Source of the DNA: Dehalococcoidia bacterium
GTDB taxonomy: Bacteria > Chloroflexota > Dehalococcoidia > Bin125
Length of the DNA stretch: 64,000 nt
Assembly (NCBI GenBank): GCA_965204335.1
Contig: OZ241982.1
Location: forward strand, 2,815,956 to 2,879,955
Reading direction: 5' to 3'
Shown: positions 37,059-47,108 of the stretch, piece by piece
Layout of the letters: the number at the start of each line of letters is the position of its first letter
Position numbering within the stretch: position 1 is the first letter of the stretch
Notes under the pieces: generated by a model
Seen by the model: the letters and a program-made list of their open reading frames with translations, nothing else
Databases searched by the model: none
What the model was told of the DNA's origin: nothing
Translations under genes and position numbers: made by a program

Positions 37059-37664
37059 TCAGCGTTGGGCGGAGGTTGGGGCGCCTCGGGCTCGGAGGTC
37101 GTAGGCCATGACGACGAGGTCCCGGAGGCGGCCGCTTCGGTCCATGACCCAGCCGGGGAGGGTGGCGACGGCCTGGAAGCCGAGAGATTCGAACACGGCC
37201 TGGGCGCTGAGCTGGTCGTGCGTCATGCGGGCGGAGATGCGCTCGAGACCGATCGAGTCCGCAATCGCGAAGATTTCCTCGGCCAGGAAGCGGCCCAGAC
37301 CCTGGCCGCGGATCTGGGAGTTCACCGTGACGCGAATCTCGCCCATGTGGTCGGTCCAGCCGGCCTCGTTATGGACCAGCGACGCCTCGCCGACGATGTC
37401 GCCGCTGTCGACGGCGAGCACGGTGGTGGTGCGGTGTTCGGCGATGTTCTCCAGCCAGCGATCAACGACGCCTTCGTTGGTAATGTCCCAGGGCAGATAG
37501 AGCAGATCGTCCCGCGACAGCGACCTGGCGAATGCGAGAAAACGCGCCTTATCGGCTGGACCCATCAGGCGCATGTCGATCTCGCGGCCTCCACGCAGGG
37601 TGGCGCGACTGGGGTATCGCCGAGCAATCAGGGCGGCCTGGCGGGCGGATGCTTCAGTAGTCAT
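37059..37664 (-). CDS. GNAT family N-acetyltransferase
   Basis: RGQGLG acetyl-CoA motif, FESLGF. Confidence 0.88.
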   Translation of the reverse strand: MTTEASARQAALIARRYPSRATLRGGREIDMRLMGPADKARFLAFARSLSRDDLLYLPWDITNEGVVDRWLENIAEHRTTTVLAVDSGDIVGEASLVHNEAGWTDHMGEIRVTVNSQIRGQGLGRFLAEEIFAIADSIGLERISARMTHDQLSAQAVFESLGFQAVATLPGWVMDRSGRLRDLVVMAYDLRARGAPTSAQR

Positions 37665-37796
37665 CGTTGTTCTCCCGTTCCCTGTCCCAACGCGTCAATG
37701 GTCAATCAATGTTATGTGGGCGATCGCGTGCGCGCAGAGTATCACTGCGCCAGCGCTGTCGATTACAACGATGCTAAGAAATCGTATGGGACGACG

Positions 37797-38348
37797 TCAG
37801 CCCGACGGCGGCCGCCAACGAGTCGTTTTGGGTTGTAATCGAGCGCCTCGGTCGGCGGCCGAGTCCGCTTCGATCGTAACATCGTCGCCCGGGTACATCG
37901 TTCCCTGTCGGACGACGCGTGCGTAGAGCCGCGAGCGGCCCGGGTGCGTCGCCTGGTTGATTCGGTTGAAGTCGCCGTCGCGGAAGCTCTGGGCGATGAT
38001 GCGGCAGGGAGCGGCGTACGAGGTGATCTCCACGATCACCTGCTCGCCCAGGTGGACGCGCGAGCCGGGGACGAGTTTCTTCCAGTCGATCCCGCGGATG
38101 GTCACGTTCTCGCCGGTGGTACCGGGACCGATCTGGTGGCCCTCGGCGCGCAGGTTGTCGAGGATCTCGGCGGAGAACAGGCAGACGGCGCGCTCCGTCC
38201 CGCCGTGGTGCCGTCGGTCGCGCTGGCGATCCTGGGTGAGCCCGTACTCGTTGACGACGGCTTCGGGCACGGCGCGCTTGGGCACGCCGCCGGGTGAGAC
38301 GTTGAGCTGTTCGATTCGACCGTTGGTCCGGGGTGTCAGTTTGGCCAT
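37797..38348 (-). CDS. MOSC domain protein (YiiM-like)
   Basis: GGVPK, HHGG.ERAV, GEN.T..G, PC, YARV...G....GD. Confidence 0.9.
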   Translation of the reverse strand: MAKLTPRTNGRIEQLNVSPGGVPKRAVPEAVVNEYGLTQDRQRDRRHHGGTERAVCLFSAEILDNLRAEGHQIGPGTTGENVTIRGIDWKKLVPGSRVHLGEQVIVEITSYAAPCRIIAQSFRDGDFNRINQATHPGRSRLYARVVRQGTMYPGDDVTIEADSAADRGARLQPKTTRWRPPSG

Positions 38349-38429
38349 GTCGCTCTCCGCCCTGGTTCCGCAACTGGCACAATTCTAGGGCTTGCTGCGC
38401 GTAGCAGGTCGATCGCGCGAGCGGGGATG

Positions 38430-38473
38430 CCCCCCTCTGCCTGCGGCATCTCCCCCCGCTCCGCGGGGGGCGA
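38430..38473 (+). repeat. Family-B palindromic repeat
   Basis: First ~31 nt identical to the 36999 copy. Confidence 0.85.
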
Positions 38474-38499
38474 GTGGAAACGGAGGATTGCGGGCGGGC

Positions 38500-40140
38500 T
38501 CAAGTACGCCAGTGGGCGATCATGCCGTCGACGTAGAGGACTCGGAGGGCGGTCAGGAGGCCGGGGCGGAGTTGGGCTTGCTGCTGTTCGGGGACACCTT
38601 CGAGCAGGTCGTCGATCAGGGCGCGGACGGTGCGCTCTCCGTCGATGCGCGTGGCGAGCGCCGCGATCAGCATGGAGATCGGCGCGCCTTGCGGTCGGGT
38701 CGGAGAGGAGATCACGGCGCCCCACTCGAACTGTCCATCCCCGATGACCGGCTTGCGAGCCAGGGAGACGCCGGCGGCGAGCGTCGGGACGGCATCGAGC
38801 ATGGGACTGCGATCGGGCCAGGCGGCGTCGATGATTCCGGCCATTTCGTCGTCACGCCGGGCGCGCTGCTGTTCGACCTCGGCGACGCCTTCGACGAAAT
38901 CGGCCGGGGCTTCTCCGCGCTCGAGCACGACCCGCTCGTAGCCCTGGGGCGGCTGTCCGGCGACGGCGGCGATAAAGGCTTCGCGCGGCGAAACGTCGTC
39001 GGAAGTGTTGACGATGCGGCGCGCCTCCCAGAAGTAGGAGTCGGAGGTGCGGTTGGAGGCGTAGAAGAGGGCGGCCATCTCGCGGAACTGGTGGTACTGC
39101 TGCATGTAGAGCTGGGTGTAGACCTCGGCGGCCGGCTCGCGCATCTCGGGTTCGCGGAGCGCAGAGGTGACGTATGCGGAGGCGAGAACCGCCGACGACA
39201 AGGCCAGATGCACGCCGGAGGAGAAGAGCGGGTCGATGAAGCAGGCGGCGTCGCCGACGAGGATGTAGCCGTCGCCGACCAGCCGTTGCGAGGTATAGGA
39301 CCAGTCGCGGATTATCCGCGGCTCGTCGATCATTTCGGCGCGCCCGAGCATCTCCGCCGTCCGACCGGTCAATGACAGTTGACGGCGGTAGAACTCCTCG
39401 GTCGGCATGTCAGTGAGCTTCGCGCCGCCCCAGGCGGAATCGACCACGACACCGACCGACATGACGTCCTCGGGCAGCGGAATGGCCCAGGACCAGCCGT
39501 GCTCGTAGGCCTCGATGAAGATGTTGCCGGCGTCGGGCTCGGGCAGGCGCTCGGCGCCGCGGAAGTAGCTGTAGACGGCGAGGTTGCGGAAGAACTCGTC
39601 GTTGACGCGCAGGTCGAGACGTCGGGAGAGGAAGCCGTTCTGGCCGCTGGCGTCAACAATCCAGTCGCACTCGAACGTCTGTGACTCGCCATCCGTGGAT
39701 TCGACCGTCACGGACGTGCCGGCGTCCTGGTCCAACCCGACGTCGACGACGCGGCAACCCTCGTGAACGGAGACGCCGTTGCGTTCGGCGTTGCGCAGCA
39801 GCATCTGATCGAAGGTCGGGCGCCAGACCTGGTATGCGTGCGGATAGCTGGCGTTGGTCTCGGCGAAGTGCCAGGACCAGGGCTCGGGGTCGCGTCCCCA
39901 GACCATCGTGGCGCCGTACTTGGGGGTGAAGCCGGCGGCTTCGATTTCGTCGATCACACCGAGGTTCTCGAGGATCGGGATCGAGGCGGGGAGGAGAGAC
40001 TCGCCGACGTGTTCGCGGGGGAAGACCTCGCGCTCGAAGAGGGTGACGTCGAAGCCCTGTCGGGCGAGGAGAGTGGCGGCGGTTGAGCCGCCGGGGCCGC
40101 CGCCGATGACGATGATTGATGCGCCGGGTTCATCAGCCAT
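38500..40140 (-). CDS. FAD-dependent halogenase with C-terminal wHTH/PqqD-like domain
   Basis: GGGPGG, FPR.HVGESL, FTPKYG (catalytic Lys position), DASG, WSWAIP (WxWxIP), GDAACFIDPLFSSGV. Confidence 0.9.
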   Translation of the reverse strand: MADEPGASIIVIGGGPGGSTAATLLARQGFDVTLFEREVFPREHVGESLLPASIPILENLGVIDEIEAAGFTPKYGATMVWGRDPEPWSWHFAETNASYPHAYQVWRPTFDQMLLRNAERNGVSVHEGCRVVDVGLDQDAGTSVTVESTDGESQTFECDWIVDASGQNGFLSRRLDLRVNDEFFRNLAVYSYFRGAERLPEPDAGNIFIEAYEHGWSWAIPLPEDVMSVGVVVDSAWGGAKLTDMPTEEFYRRQLSLTGRTAEMLGRAEMIDEPRIIRDWSYTSQRLVGDGYILVGDAACFIDPLFSSGVHLALSSAVLASAYVTSALREPEMREPAAEVYTQLYMQQYHQFREMAALFYASNRTSDSYFWEARRIVNTSDDVSPREAFIAAVAGQPPQGYERVVLERGEAPADFVEGVAEVEQQRARRDDEMAGIIDAAWPDRSPMLDAVPTLAAGVSLARKPVIGDGQFEWGAVISSPTRPQGAPISMLIAALATRIDGERTVRALIDDLLEGVPEQQQAQLRPGLLTALRVLYVDGMIAHWRT

Positions 40141-41224
40141 TGAGCGCAGCGTACTCGCGAATGCAGGCGTCCAACTCGGCGCCCATCGGCTTGGCGAACA
40201 GCGCGGCGCCTCGCAGCGTGATCTCGAGCGGCTCTGCGTCGGGCGTCCGGACCTTGACGATCAGCTCCTCCGATTCGCGCAGCGCATCGATGAAACGCAG
40301 ATTCTCGCTCGCGGAGGGCGGCTGCAACCTGTCGTAGTTAGCGTCCCAGACCGCAGTGCCGACGTTGTCGGCACCGCCTGTCCATGACACGGTCGCCCAA
40401 CTGGCAATTGAGGCGTCATCCCGGCCATGTGCATGGCCGGTGTCGTCCCAGAAGCCGCCAAGCGTCGCAACGGCGTAGACCTCGCCCTGGGCTTCGCGGA
40501 TCCAGACCGGCGCGTCGTCGTCGGTCCATCCCGTCGGTCCACACGTGACCAGGAGACTGTGGTCAGTGGACGGATCAACCTCGATCAACGTGATGCTGTG
40601 CCGGTTCGAGTCCGGGATCCAGTAGGCGTAGGCGGCGTGATATTCACCGATGCGCTGTTCGATTGCTTCCGCGCTGCACTCGTCGATCGCGAACTGTGTC
40701 GGAGTGCTGAACAGTGTCGCGAGATCGAAGCGCACGCTGAGCTGTTGTTCGCCGTCCTTGGTACCGATCAGTTCGGCCGTCCCGGCGTTGCGCAACTCCT
40801 GCAAGAGAGCGGCTTCAATGTCTGGGTCGGTGGTGACGACTGAGGCCGGCTGGGTGGCTCTGCTCAAGGTCCAGGCGCCGCCGTCCCATTCCTTACCATC
40901 GATACGCCACGACCAGTCGAACCCCCAGAGTCCGTCGGCTTCGCCCGGCTGCGCGTCGATGTTGATTCCCGCGTGCCCGTCGCCGTGATCGCCCTCAGGA
41001 TTATCCGCTTCGGTGAGACATAGCACGCGCAGGAATGATCCGGTCTGGTCGCCGGCGACGATGGCTCCGGCGTGCCAGCGATCGGCCTCGTCGTTGTAGA
41101 CGATGGCGGCGGTGACATGGTCGGGCAGACGAGCGGTCGATTCCCGGCTGCAGGCTGTGACGTTGACAATCAGGCCGACGAGAACAGTGAGGGCAGCGAG
41201 AATGGAGCGGGGAGTGGAAATGAT
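40133..41224 (-). CDS. Hypothetical lipoprotein with two similar domains (probable ATC start)
   Basis: VTAC lipobox after a hydrophobic stretch; AGGAGG 7 nt before ATC at 41224; stop overlaps the halogenase start. Confidence 0.65.
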   Translation of the reverse strand: MISTPRSILAALTVLVGLIVNVTACSRESTARLPDHVTAAIVYNDEADRWHAGAIVAGDQTGSFLRVLCLTEADNPEGDHGDGHAGINIDAQPGEADGLWGFDWSWRIDGKEWDGGAWTLSRATQPASVVTTDPDIEAALLQELRNAGTAELIGTKDGEQQLSVRFDLATLFSTPTQFAIDECSAEAIEQRIGEYHAAYAYWIPDSNRHSITLIEVDPSTDHSLLVTCGPTGWTDDDAPVWIREAQGEVYAVATLGGFWDDTGHAHGRDDASIASWATVSWTGGADNVGTAVWDANYDRLQPPSASENLRFIDALRESEELIVKVRTPDAEPLEITLRGAALFAKPMGAELDACIREYAALNG

Positions 41225-41316
41225 GCCGACGCCTCCTCGTTGATGGTATGCATATCGAGGCGGGGTGCGCGGACGAGCGGGCCCCGAATGAATCGGGGAC
41301 CGTGGAGTGCGGGGAG

Positions 41317-41409
41317 CCCCCTCTGCCTTCGGCATCTCCCCCCGCTTGCGCGGGGGGAGAGGGGAAAGGGAAGACCGACATACCACCTGGTGCGCGGGGG
41401 GAGAGGGGA
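41317..41409 (+). repeat. Family-B repeat plus partial second copy
   Basis: CCCCCTCTGCCTTCGGCATCTCCCCCCGCTTGCGCGGGGGGAGAGGGG, then TGCGCGGGGGGAGAGGGGA. Confidence 0.85.
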
Positions 41410-41465
41410 AGGCGAGAGACCCGCGCCGGGTCGCGGGTCTCTGTTGGACAAACGGGTTGCGGGGA

Positions 41466-42761
41466 CTAGTCGCCGGGGAAGGCGGCTCCGGAGCCGGTGT
41501 TGACCTCGAACGCTCCCTTGAGGTCGAGTTCCTTGCCCATTTCGCGGACGGCTGGGATGACTTCCTCGCCGAAGAGGCGGAGGGAGCGCATCGCGTCGTC
41601 GTGGTTCATGGCGCCGTCGCCGTCCCAGAAGAAGATGTTGCCGGGGCGTAGCTCTTCGAGGACGTGGCGGATCTTGGGGATCACGGTCTGCGGCGTACCC
41701 GTGATGATCGAGTACTTGTTGACCTGCTCCTCGTAGGTGCCGAAGGCGTCGGCGTCGCGCTTGTCCTGCTCGGCTTCCTTCTCGGCCAGAGCAGCCTGTT
41801 GCTCCTGCTGGCGCCCGCGCGCGGCGGCGGCGAAGGTACTGACGGTCGGCAGAAGCTGGGTGCGCGAGGTCAGGCCGGGCAGGTTCTGCAGGTTGCTGCG
41901 GACGGTGCCCTGGTTGCCCTCGAGGAACGGGTTGGCCGGGCCGCTGATGTACTTGCGGCCGGCTTCCTCGGCCAGTTCCTCGGTCTCGTCGACGTGGACC
42001 TTGAAGAGGTATCCGTGATGCTCGGTCGAAGCCTCGTAGCCGTTCTCCTGGGCGACCTCGTCGTAGTAGTCGAACGACTTCTTGGTCGGCTCAATCTCGG
42101 TGGCGAGCATGACGTAGGGGTAGCGATGCTCGGCGCACCACTTGACGGTGTTGCGCGACATCACGCCGGGGATCCAGATCTGCGGGTGCGGGTCCTGGTA
42201 CGGGCGCGCCCAGGGGTTGACGTAGCGGTACTGGTAGTGCTCGCCTTCCCAGCGGAAGGGGCCGGGCGTCGACCAGGCCTTGACGACGAAGTCGTGGGCT
42301 TCCTGGAAGCGCTCCCAGTTGAAGGGCGCCTGCGAGTTGTGGGCGACCGACTCACGGCCCGTGCCGCGGACCCAGCCGCTGACCAGGCGGCCGCGCGAGA
42401 TCATGTCGATCTCGGCCAGCTCTTCCGCCAGCCACAGCGGGTCTTCCCAGATCGGGAGGACGTTGCCGAGCAGGACGATCTTGGCTCGCTTGGTGATCCG
42501 CGCGAGGATCGCCGCTTCGACGTTCATCACGCCGCCCATGCAGAAGGGCGTGGAGTGATGCTCGTTGAGCATCAGGCCGTCGAAGCCCATCTCTTCGGCG
42601 TAGACCTTCTCGTCGAGATAGCGGTTGTAGAGCTCGGCGCCGATCCGGGGATCGTAGTCTCCGTTGGTCATCCCGAGGTCTTCGATTTCGCGCCCGGTCG
42701 CACCGACCCAGCCCGACTCGAAGTCCTGGTAGGGACGTTCCGTGAAATAGCCAATGAACAT
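41466..42761 (-). CDS. Luciferase-like (LLM class) flavin-dependent monooxygenase
   Basis: AEEMGFDGLMLNEHH, PLWLAEELAEIDMISRGR, P.QDPHPQIW, SLRLFGEEVIP. Confidence 0.93.
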   Translation of the reverse strand: MFIGYFTERPYQDFESGWVGATGREIEDLGMTNGDYDPRIGAELYNRYLDEKVYAEEMGFDGLMLNEHHSTPFCMGGVMNVEAAILARITKRAKIVLLGNVLPIWEDPLWLAEELAEIDMISRGRLVSGWVRGTGRESVAHNSQAPFNWERFQEAHDFVVKAWSTPGPFRWEGEHYQYRYVNPWARPYQDPHPQIWIPGVMSRNTVKWCAEHRYPYVMLATEIEPTKKSFDYYDEVAQENGYEASTEHHGYLFKVHVDETEELAEEAGRKYISGPANPFLEGNQGTVRSNLQNLPGLTSRTQLLPTVSTFAAAARGRQQEQQAALAEKEAEQDKRDADAFGTYEEQVNKYSIITGTPQTVIPKIRHVLEELRPGNIFFWDGDGAMNHDDAMRSLRLFGEEVIPAVREMGKELDLKGAFEVNTGSGAAFPGD

Positions 42762-42871
42762 CGTTGCGGTTCCTGTTCCTTCCGGCCCGAGGTGTGGTCG
42801 CCCGGGCCGGTTGTACGTTCCTCAAGATGATACGTGACGAACCGTCGTCACGTATCAGCCGTTCGCGCTTG

Positions 42872-43672
42872 CTACGAGCCGATATGCGCAGCCACAGCGT
42901 CGGCCGCGGCCTGCGGATTCTCCAGTTCGACGAGATGACCGAGTCCGTCCAGCACCTGGATCCTGCTGTTGGGCAGGCTGGCGTCGTAGACCTCGGCCAC
43001 ACCGAGCGGGACGACGCGGTCGTTCTCGCCCCAGAGCAGCAGGGTCGGCGTCTCCAGCTCGGTGAGCAAATGCGGCAGCTGGCGGTTGAACATCCACGGC
43101 TTCCAGGTGAGCCGCGCGGTCATTTCGCGCGAGAAGTCCCAGAGCTCCTTCAGTTCCGGCGCCGCTTCGTCGCCGAAGATCTCGGCGTACGCCTCGTCGG
43201 AGGAGAAACCGAGCTTCACGTACTCCTCGAACTCGTAGAAGATCACGTCGGCGATCTCGCCCTCTTCGGGCTGAACGCCGGCCGCGCCGATCAGGGTCAG
43301 GCTGTCGAGTCCGTGCAGGTGCATGGTGGCGAGCTCGGCCGCGACCCAGCCGCCGAAGCCCATGCCGACGAGGTTCGCGTCGCTGTCGATGCCCATCTTG
43401 TGAATGGCGCTGTGCAGCATGATCGCGATGTCGCGCGGATGACGGGCCCAGGCGGGGCGCTCGGACTGCCCGTAACCGGGCATGTCGATGGCGGTCACGG
43501 TGTGGTTTTCGGCCAGCAGGTCGTAGAACGGAATCCAACCGGGACCGGTGGAGTGGTGTAGGACGACGATGTTGGGCCCGCTGCCATCCTGGAGCGCATT
43601 GATCTTGAGGCCCGAGACTTCGACGGCGATCTGCGAATGCGACTCGACTGGGGTGTCGGTTTCTGTGGTCAT
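42872..43672 (-). CDS. Alpha/beta hydrolase fold protein (Gly at the nucleophile position)
   Basis: D.PGYG.S, LVGMGFGGW, PTLLLWGE.D.VVP, GH. Confidence 0.88.
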   Translation of the reverse strand: MTTETDTPVESHSQIAVEVSGLKINALQDGSGPNIVVLHHSTGPGWIPFYDLLAENHTVTAIDMPGYGQSERPAWARHPRDIAIMLHSAIHKMGIDSDANLVGMGFGGWVAAELATMHLHGLDSLTLIGAAGVQPEEGEIADVIFYEFEEYVKLGFSSDEAYAEIFGDEAAPELKELWDFSREMTARLTWKPWMFNRQLPHLLTELETPTLLLWGENDRVVPLGVAEVYDASLPNSRIQVLDGLGHLVELENPQAAADAVAAHIGS

Positions 43673-43865
43673 ACACGTACTCCTGGCGGTGTTTCCGGCG
43701 ACATTGATTCGGCTCGGAAGGGGGGTGTCGGCATTCCGCCCGCCATTCGGGCGGAGGAACTAGTTAGGCGCAGGCTAAGCGCCAATCGCGTCAGCGGCAA
43801 CCGAAACGATCGAAGGCGACCGGCGCGGCCTGGCAAACTTCGGCCGGTCGTAGCATTGCACCATC

Positions 43866-46800
43866 ATGCTCGGACTCCTCCGCCTGCTCAGGCTCGCCGC
43901 CCTTCGCGAACTGCGAGGAGGCTGGCTGTTGATGTTCGGCGCGGCGTCGCTGCTGATCATCGCGGCGGCGCTGGTCGCCCTGCCGCTGGTCTTTCGAGCG
44001 GCGTCCGCCGACCTCGCGCTTCGCGAGCTGATTGAACAGTCCCCGCGCGGGGCGACGTTCGCCGACCACTCCCGCGCCTTTCGTCCGGCCACGGCCGAAG
44101 ACTTCGATCGGATCGAGCGGGAAGCGGCCGAAGTCCGCGAGCGGCATCTTGAACGGTTCCCCGGCCTGGTCGGCGACACGCGGCGGATCATGGAGACGTC
44201 CGAGGCCTTCGCCGGGTTTACGCGTCTCGACAACGGCCTGAACGAGTCGCTGCCCGCCTACCTGATGTCGTTCGAGCGACTCCAGTCGAACGCGCGCCTG
44301 ATCCGCGGCGAGTGGGCGAGTTCCTCCGATGAAGTGGTGATCGGCTCGCGCCTGGCCGAGCAGCTCAGCGTCGACGTAGGCAGTGCGATCAGCTTCAGCG
44401 ACGAGATGCAGTTCGAGATCAGCGGCGTGATCGAGCCGGTCGTGGCGGACGTGAGCCGAGTGCTGGCGTTCCACTACACCGATGTCTGGTTCGAGTTGCA
44501 GTTCGATATCACGCTGGGCGGCGCCGAAGAACCCTACTTTGGCCTGTTTGGCGAGCGCGACGCGCTCGAGCGTCTCGGCGCCCCGGTGACCCACCGCATG
44601 AGGACCGAACTCCACACCGAGGCGCTCAACTCGGACCAGATTGATGACGTGATCGAGTCGCTGAGCGCATGGCAGCAACAGCTCAGCCGTCTGGAGAGCG
44701 GCGCCGCCGGCACGTTGCTGCTGGGCACGCTGCAGTCGTTCGTGCGGCAAGCGCAATTCTCGGCGGGTCAGTCGTTGCTGGCCGGCTTGCAGATCGCCGC
44801 CGTGGCGATGTTTGGCGTGGCTCTGGTCGGTCGGGTGATGGCGCAGCGGACCCGGGTTGACCGGGAGCGGTTGGCCGCTCGCGGGGCGAAGCCGTGGCAG
44901 CAGGCCGGAGCGCAAGCCATGCTGGGCGGAGTGGCGGCGCTACCGGCGGCGATCCTGGGCGCGCCGCTGGCCGCGTTCGCGTTGAGTCATGCCGGGCGAC
45001 TGGAGGCGGTGGCGCGCGTCTCGGGCGGCGAGCCGTTCGACACGCGCCTGACAACGGAGGCCTGGGGACTGGCGATCGCCGGTGCGGTGATCGCCTGGAT
45101 CGCATTCGCCGCGCCGGCCTGGTTCGACGCCCGGCAGCGGTCGAATGAGCGGGTTGCGCAGGGACGCCCGCAGCGGCAGTCGCTGGTCCAGCGAGCCTGG
45201 CTCGACGTGGCGCTGCTGGCGCTGGCCACGGTGCTGTTCCTGCAGTTTGAGACGGAGGCATCCGGCGGCGCGCTGGCCGCGTTCGAGTCGGGCGGGATCA
45301 ATCCGGTGCTGATGCTCAGTCCGGGCCTGCTGCTGCTCGGCGCGGCGCTGACGATCATGCGGCTGGCGCCGCGAGTGTGGGGGATCGCGGCGGCGTTGCT
45401 CTCACGATCTCCAATCCCGTCGTGGCTCTACCTGGGCGTGCTCAGTGTCGCTCGCAATCCGACCGGTCCGATGCTGCTCACGGCGTTGGTGGCATTCATC
45501 ACCGCCGTGGGACTGATTTCGGCCACGTATGCGTCGACGATCCGCACCGTCGAGCGGTCTCGGATTGAGTACGAGGTCGGCTCCGACCTGCGCGGCGTGT
45601 CGATCGGCGGCAACCTGTCCAACTCGACGGTTGGACGGGTCACGGAGCCGCTTCAGAGCCGTCAGGGGATCACGGCGGCAGCGGCCTACCGCGGGATCGG
45701 ATCGATCGGCGGCGACCGCGAGGGCAGCCGCGTCGTGCTGCTGGCGCTGCAGACCGGCCGCCTGTCGGAGATTGTCTCGCTGGACGAGCACTTGCTGGGC
45801 ACGTCCTCGGAGGAACTCCTGGCTGCGATCGAGCGCGAGCCGGGGCGGGCCGGGCAGGAGCTGCCGGAAGGCGCGGAGGCGCTGACGCTCCGGGTGCGCA
45901 GCGATCCCGGCAACAGCAATCTCGAACTGGCGGCGCGGGTGCTCGATGCCCGCGGACAGGTTCACATGCGGCCGTTTCGGACGAGTACCGCGTCGGTCGT
46001 CGACGGGGACTGGAACACGTTTCGCGCGCCGCTCGGCGGACTGGAGCAGCCGCTGCGGATCGCCGCGATCATCCTGCGTCCCCAGGCGCGGGTCGTGCGC
46101 GCGCCGACCGGGACGCTCTACCTCGACGACCTGAACGCCCTGGTCGGGGACCGGCCGGTCACGGTTGATGCGTTCGATACGGATGGACCCTGGTTGCCGG
46201 CTTCGGGGGGCGCGGGCGAGGATCGGATTCGGTTCGAGGGCGGCGGGCTGCGCTATCACTGGTCGCAACTGGCGGCCAGCGACGAACGGATCATTGTCCG
46301 CGAGTCGCCGAACCTGCCCGTCAATGCGGCGATGGACCGGACCTCGATGGAGACCGCCGACCTGAATGTCGGCGACATTGTGCCGATCCAGGTCAGCAAT
46401 GCCAGTATTCCGGTCAGGATTACAACCGCCGTCGACTACTTTCCGACGCTCAATCCGGCGCAGGGCGGTTTCCTGATCGCGGATCTGCTGGCGCTGCGTG
46501 GAGCGGCGTTGGTCGCGGCGGTGCAGGCGGTCCTGCCGATCACCGAGGTCTGGACCGAGACCGAGACCAACGCGGGCCGTCTGATCGCCGCCGAACTGTT
46601 GGACGACGTCTACCTGTCCAGCGCGGTGCTCGATGCGGAGGCGACGATTGAAGCGGCGGAAGAGGATCCGTTTCGCTCCGGCGGCGCGGCTGCGTTGTTC
46701 GTGGTCGGCTTCATCGGACTGCTGATCGTGGGCTCGGCGGCGCTGATCTTCACGCTCGCCGCCGCGGGCGGGGAGCGGGCGCGAGAGTTTGCCCTGATGC

Positions 46801-47108
46801 GGACGGTCGGCGCGGGTCGCGCCGGGATGACCGCACAGGCGGCTGTTGAGGTCGGTCTGGTACTCGCCGCCGGCGTGGCGCTGGGCTTTGGCCTGGGACG
46901 CGCCGTGGCCGGCGCGTTGCTCGCCTTCCTCGACGTCACGACGGAAGGAGTTGCGGCTGCGCCTCCGACCGTGCTCTCCGTCGACTGGGTGCTGGCCGGG
47001 ATTGGCGTGGGCGTGATCGCGGCTTGCGCGGTACTCGGCACGACCGCCATCTCCCGCTGGGCGACCGGACGCGAAGCGGCGCCGCTGTTGCGTGAGGGCG
47101 CGGACTGA
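43866..47108 (+). CDS. FtsX/MacB-like ABC transporter permease
   Basis: Two permease repeats (LAARGA; RAREFALMRTVGA) with large extracytoplasmic domains. Confidence 0.85.
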   Translation: MLGLLRLLRLAALRELRGGWLLMFGAASLLIIAAALVALPLVFRAASADLALRELIEQSPRGATFADHSRAFRPATAEDFDRIEREAAEVRERHLERFPGLVGDTRRIMETSEAFAGFTRLDNGLNESLPAYLMSFERLQSNARLIRGEWASSSDEVVIGSRLAEQLSVDVGSAISFSDEMQFEISGVIEPVVADVSRVLAFHYTDVWFELQFDITLGGAEEPYFGLFGERDALERLGAPVTHRMRTELHTEALNSDQIDDVIESLSAWQQQLSRLESGAAGTLLLGTLQSFVRQAQFSAGQSLLAGLQIAAVAMFGVALVGRVMAQRTRVDRERLAARGAKPWQQAGAQAMLGGVAALPAAILGAPLAAFALSHAGRLEAVARVSGGEPFDTRLTTEAWGLAIAGAVIAWIAFAAPAWFDARQRSNERVAQGRPQRQSLVQRAWLDVALLALATVLFLQFETEASGGALAAFESGGINPVLMLSPGLLLLGAALTIMRLAPRVWGIAAALLSRSPIPSWLYLGVLSVARNPTGPMLLTALVAFITAVGLISATYASTIRTVERSRIEYEVGSDLRGVSIGGNLSNSTVGRVTEPLQSRQGITAAAAYRGIGSIGGDREGSRVVLLALQTGRLSEIVSLDEHLLGTSSEELLAAIEREPGRAGQELPEGAEALTLRVRSDPGNSNLELAARVLDARGQVHMRPFRTSTASVVDGDWNTFRAPLGGLEQPLRIAAIILRPQARVVRAPTGTLYLDDLNALVGDRPVTVDAFDTDGPWLPASGGAGEDRIRFEGGGLRYHWSQLAASDERIIVRESPNLPVNAAMDRTSMETADLNVGDIVPIQVSNASIPVRITTAVDYFPTLNPAQGGFLIADLLALRGAALVAAVQAVLPITEVWTETETNAGRLIAAELLDDVYLSSAVLDAEATIEAAEEDPFRSGGAAALFVVGFIGLLIVGSAALIFTLAAAGGERAREFALMRTVGAGRAGMTAQAAVEVGLVLAAGVALGFGLGRAVAGALLAFLDVTTEGVAAAPPTVLSVDWVLAGIGVGVIAACAVLGTTAISRWATGREAAPLLREGAD

